Shown in pieces: positions 30,935 to 32,000 of a stretch of 32,000 bases of DNA. The number at the start of each line of letters is the position of its first letter. Positions within the stretch are counted from its first letter, which is position 1. The DNA comes from Candidatus Electronema aureum (GTDB lineage Bacteria; Desulfobacterota; Desulfobulbia; Desulfobulbales; Desulfobulbaceae), in assembly GCA_004284765.1 (NCBI GenBank), contig NQJD01000002.1, positions 120,001 to 152,000 on the forward strand, given 5' to 3'. The translations under genes were made by a program, and so were the position numbers. Below the pieces are notes generated by a model. That model had not been told where the DNA came from and ran no database searches. It saw only the letters and a list, made by a program, of their open reading frames with translations.

Positions 30935-31483
30935 ATGTCACGAATCGGAAAATCGCCTGTGGAGCTGCCAGGCGGAATCAAGGTAGAAATCCAAGGCACC
31001 CGGATTAAAGTTACCGGTAAAAAGGGAACTTTAGAGCGGACTGTGCGTCCAGAAATTGAAATCGAGCAGCAAGACAACCAACTGGTTTTTAAGCCCAAAG
31101 GCGGCGGTCGGCAGGTTTCAGCTTACTGGGGTCTGACTCGCACGTTGGTTAGAAATATGGTTGCCGGGGTGGATAAGGGTTTCGAGAAAGTGTTGGCAGT
31201 GGAAGGTGTAGGTTATCGCGCTGCGGTGGAAGGTTCCAAGTTAACATTGAATGTCGGCTATTCAGTTCCGGTTGAGTTCATGCTACCTGCTGGAATTGCT
31301 GCCGCTGTTGATAAGGCCAACAACATTACCGTTTCCGGCATCGACAAAGAGCAGGTTGGGCAGATCGCTGCAACAATTAGGGATATACGGAAACCTGAGC
31401 CATATAAAGGTAAGGGTATTCGCTATTCTGACGAACATATTGTGCGCAAAGCGGGTAAATCCGGCGGAAAGGGCAAAAAGTAA
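30935..31483 (+). CDS. rplF: 50S ribosomal protein L6
   Basis: 182 aa, starting MSRIGKSPVELPGGIKV and containing EPYKGKGIRY. Confidence 0.96.
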   Translation: MSRIGKSPVELPGGIKVEIQGTRIKVTGKKGTLERTVRPEIEIEQQDNQLVFKPKGGGRQVSAYWGLTRTLVRNMVAGVDKGFEKVLAVEGVGYRAAVEGSKLTLNVGYSVPVEFMLPAGIAAAVDKANNITVSGIDKEQVGQIAATIRDIRKPEPYKGKGIRYSDEHIVRKAGKSGGKGKK

Positions 31484-31526
31484 GTCTCCGGCTTTCAGGA
31501 TAACTCTAGGATGAAGTGAAGGCATC

Positions 31527-31892
31527 ATGGCAAAGCAAAGCATCAAACTGACAGCGCGGAACAAGCGGATCAAAAGAATACGCAAAAAGATCACCGGTAC
31601 ACCGGAGCGTCCGAGAATGCGTGTTTTTCGTAGTAATCGTCATATTTATGTACAGATTATCGACGACACTAAGCAGGCGACTCTTGTTTCAATGTCGACC
31701 GAAGATAAAGAATTCGATGCTTCCGACCTAAAGGGCAAGGTTGCTCAGGCCGGCAAAGTAGGCGAGATGGCAGCAAAACGTGCTCTCGCCGCCGGGATAG
31801 ACAAAGTCGTGTTCGACCGAGGTGGAAATTTGTTTCACGGTCGGATTAAGGCTCTTGCAGAAGGTGCCCGCCACGGCGGTTTAAATCTGTAA
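31527..31892 (+). CDS. rplR: 50S ribosomal protein L18
   Basis: 121 aa with [19 protein letters not shown] and [20 protein letters not shown]. Confidence 0.96.
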   Translation: MAKQSIKLTARNKRIKRIRKKITGTPERPRMRVFRSNRHIYVQIIDDTKQATLVSMSTEDKEFDASDLKGKVAQAGKVGEMAAKRALAAGIDKVVFDRGGNLFHGRIKALAEGARHGGLNL

Positions 31893-31925
31893 TCAGGAAT
31901 AAATTCAGTTGATCGGAGGTGTTTC

Positions 31926-32000
31926 TTGGCTGATTTCAAGCGTGCCAAAGAAGGCAATCAGGACGAGCTGATCGAAAAGATCGTCTATATCAACCGTGTT
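31926..32000 (+). CDS. rpsE: 30S ribosomal protein S5, first 25 codons (truncated by the window end)
   Basis: TTG start 4 nt after GGAGGTG, giving (M)ADFKRAKEGNQDELIEKIVYINRV. The position after rplR is conserved. Confidence 0.8.
   Translation, partial: MADFKRAKEGNQDELIEKIVYINRV

Overview
Every gene in this window is on the + strand, and the content is core genome at roughly 50% GC (estimated by eye). It looks like a sulfate-reducing or sulfur-metabolising bacterium of the Desulfobacterota / delta-proteobacterial type. That lineage call is inferred from the qmoABC genes and the gene order, not from any search.

Gene content, 5' to 3':
- The last 28 codons of an upstream CDS, probably aprA by synteny.
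- A complete qmoA-qmoB-qmoC operon (345-5181).
- A near-consensus sigma-70 promoter driving tRNA-Thr(UGU), tRNA-Tyr(GUA), tRNA-Gly(UCC), tRNA-Thr(GGU) and tuf copy 1.
- rpmG (missed by the ORF track because it is under 60 aa), tRNA-Trp, then secE-nusG-rplK-rplA-rplJ-rplL-rpoB-rpoC.
- rpsL-rpsG-fusA-tuf copy 2, then the S10 and spc ribosomal-protein operons (rpsJ through rplR) and the first 25 codons of rpsE.

I see no mobile elements, CRISPR arrays, defence islands or accessory cargo. I find no convincing evidence of a novel multi-gene system; this is one of the most conserved regions of a bacterial chromosome.

Points worth a second look:
1. The fusA in the str-operon slot has intact GTPase motifs, but its domain-IV tip loops are non-canonical and its codon bias is weak. 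It sits behind a long spacer that carries a hairpin and a promoter-like element.
2. A strongly GC3-enriched block covers qmoB and ends abruptly before qmoC.
3. Two direct tuf copies 16.6 kb apart encode identical proteins and differ only at about two dozen synonymous sites.
4. Several structured intergenic spacers are present: aprA-qmoA, qmoB-qmoC, the rplJ leader, rplL-rpoB, rpoC-rpsL and rpsG-fusA.
5. L24 carries a Cys4 knuckle, alongside C+ (zinc-ribbon) forms of L33 and S14.

All structural and regulatory calls come from reading the sequence by eye. No folding energies, database searches or alignments were run.
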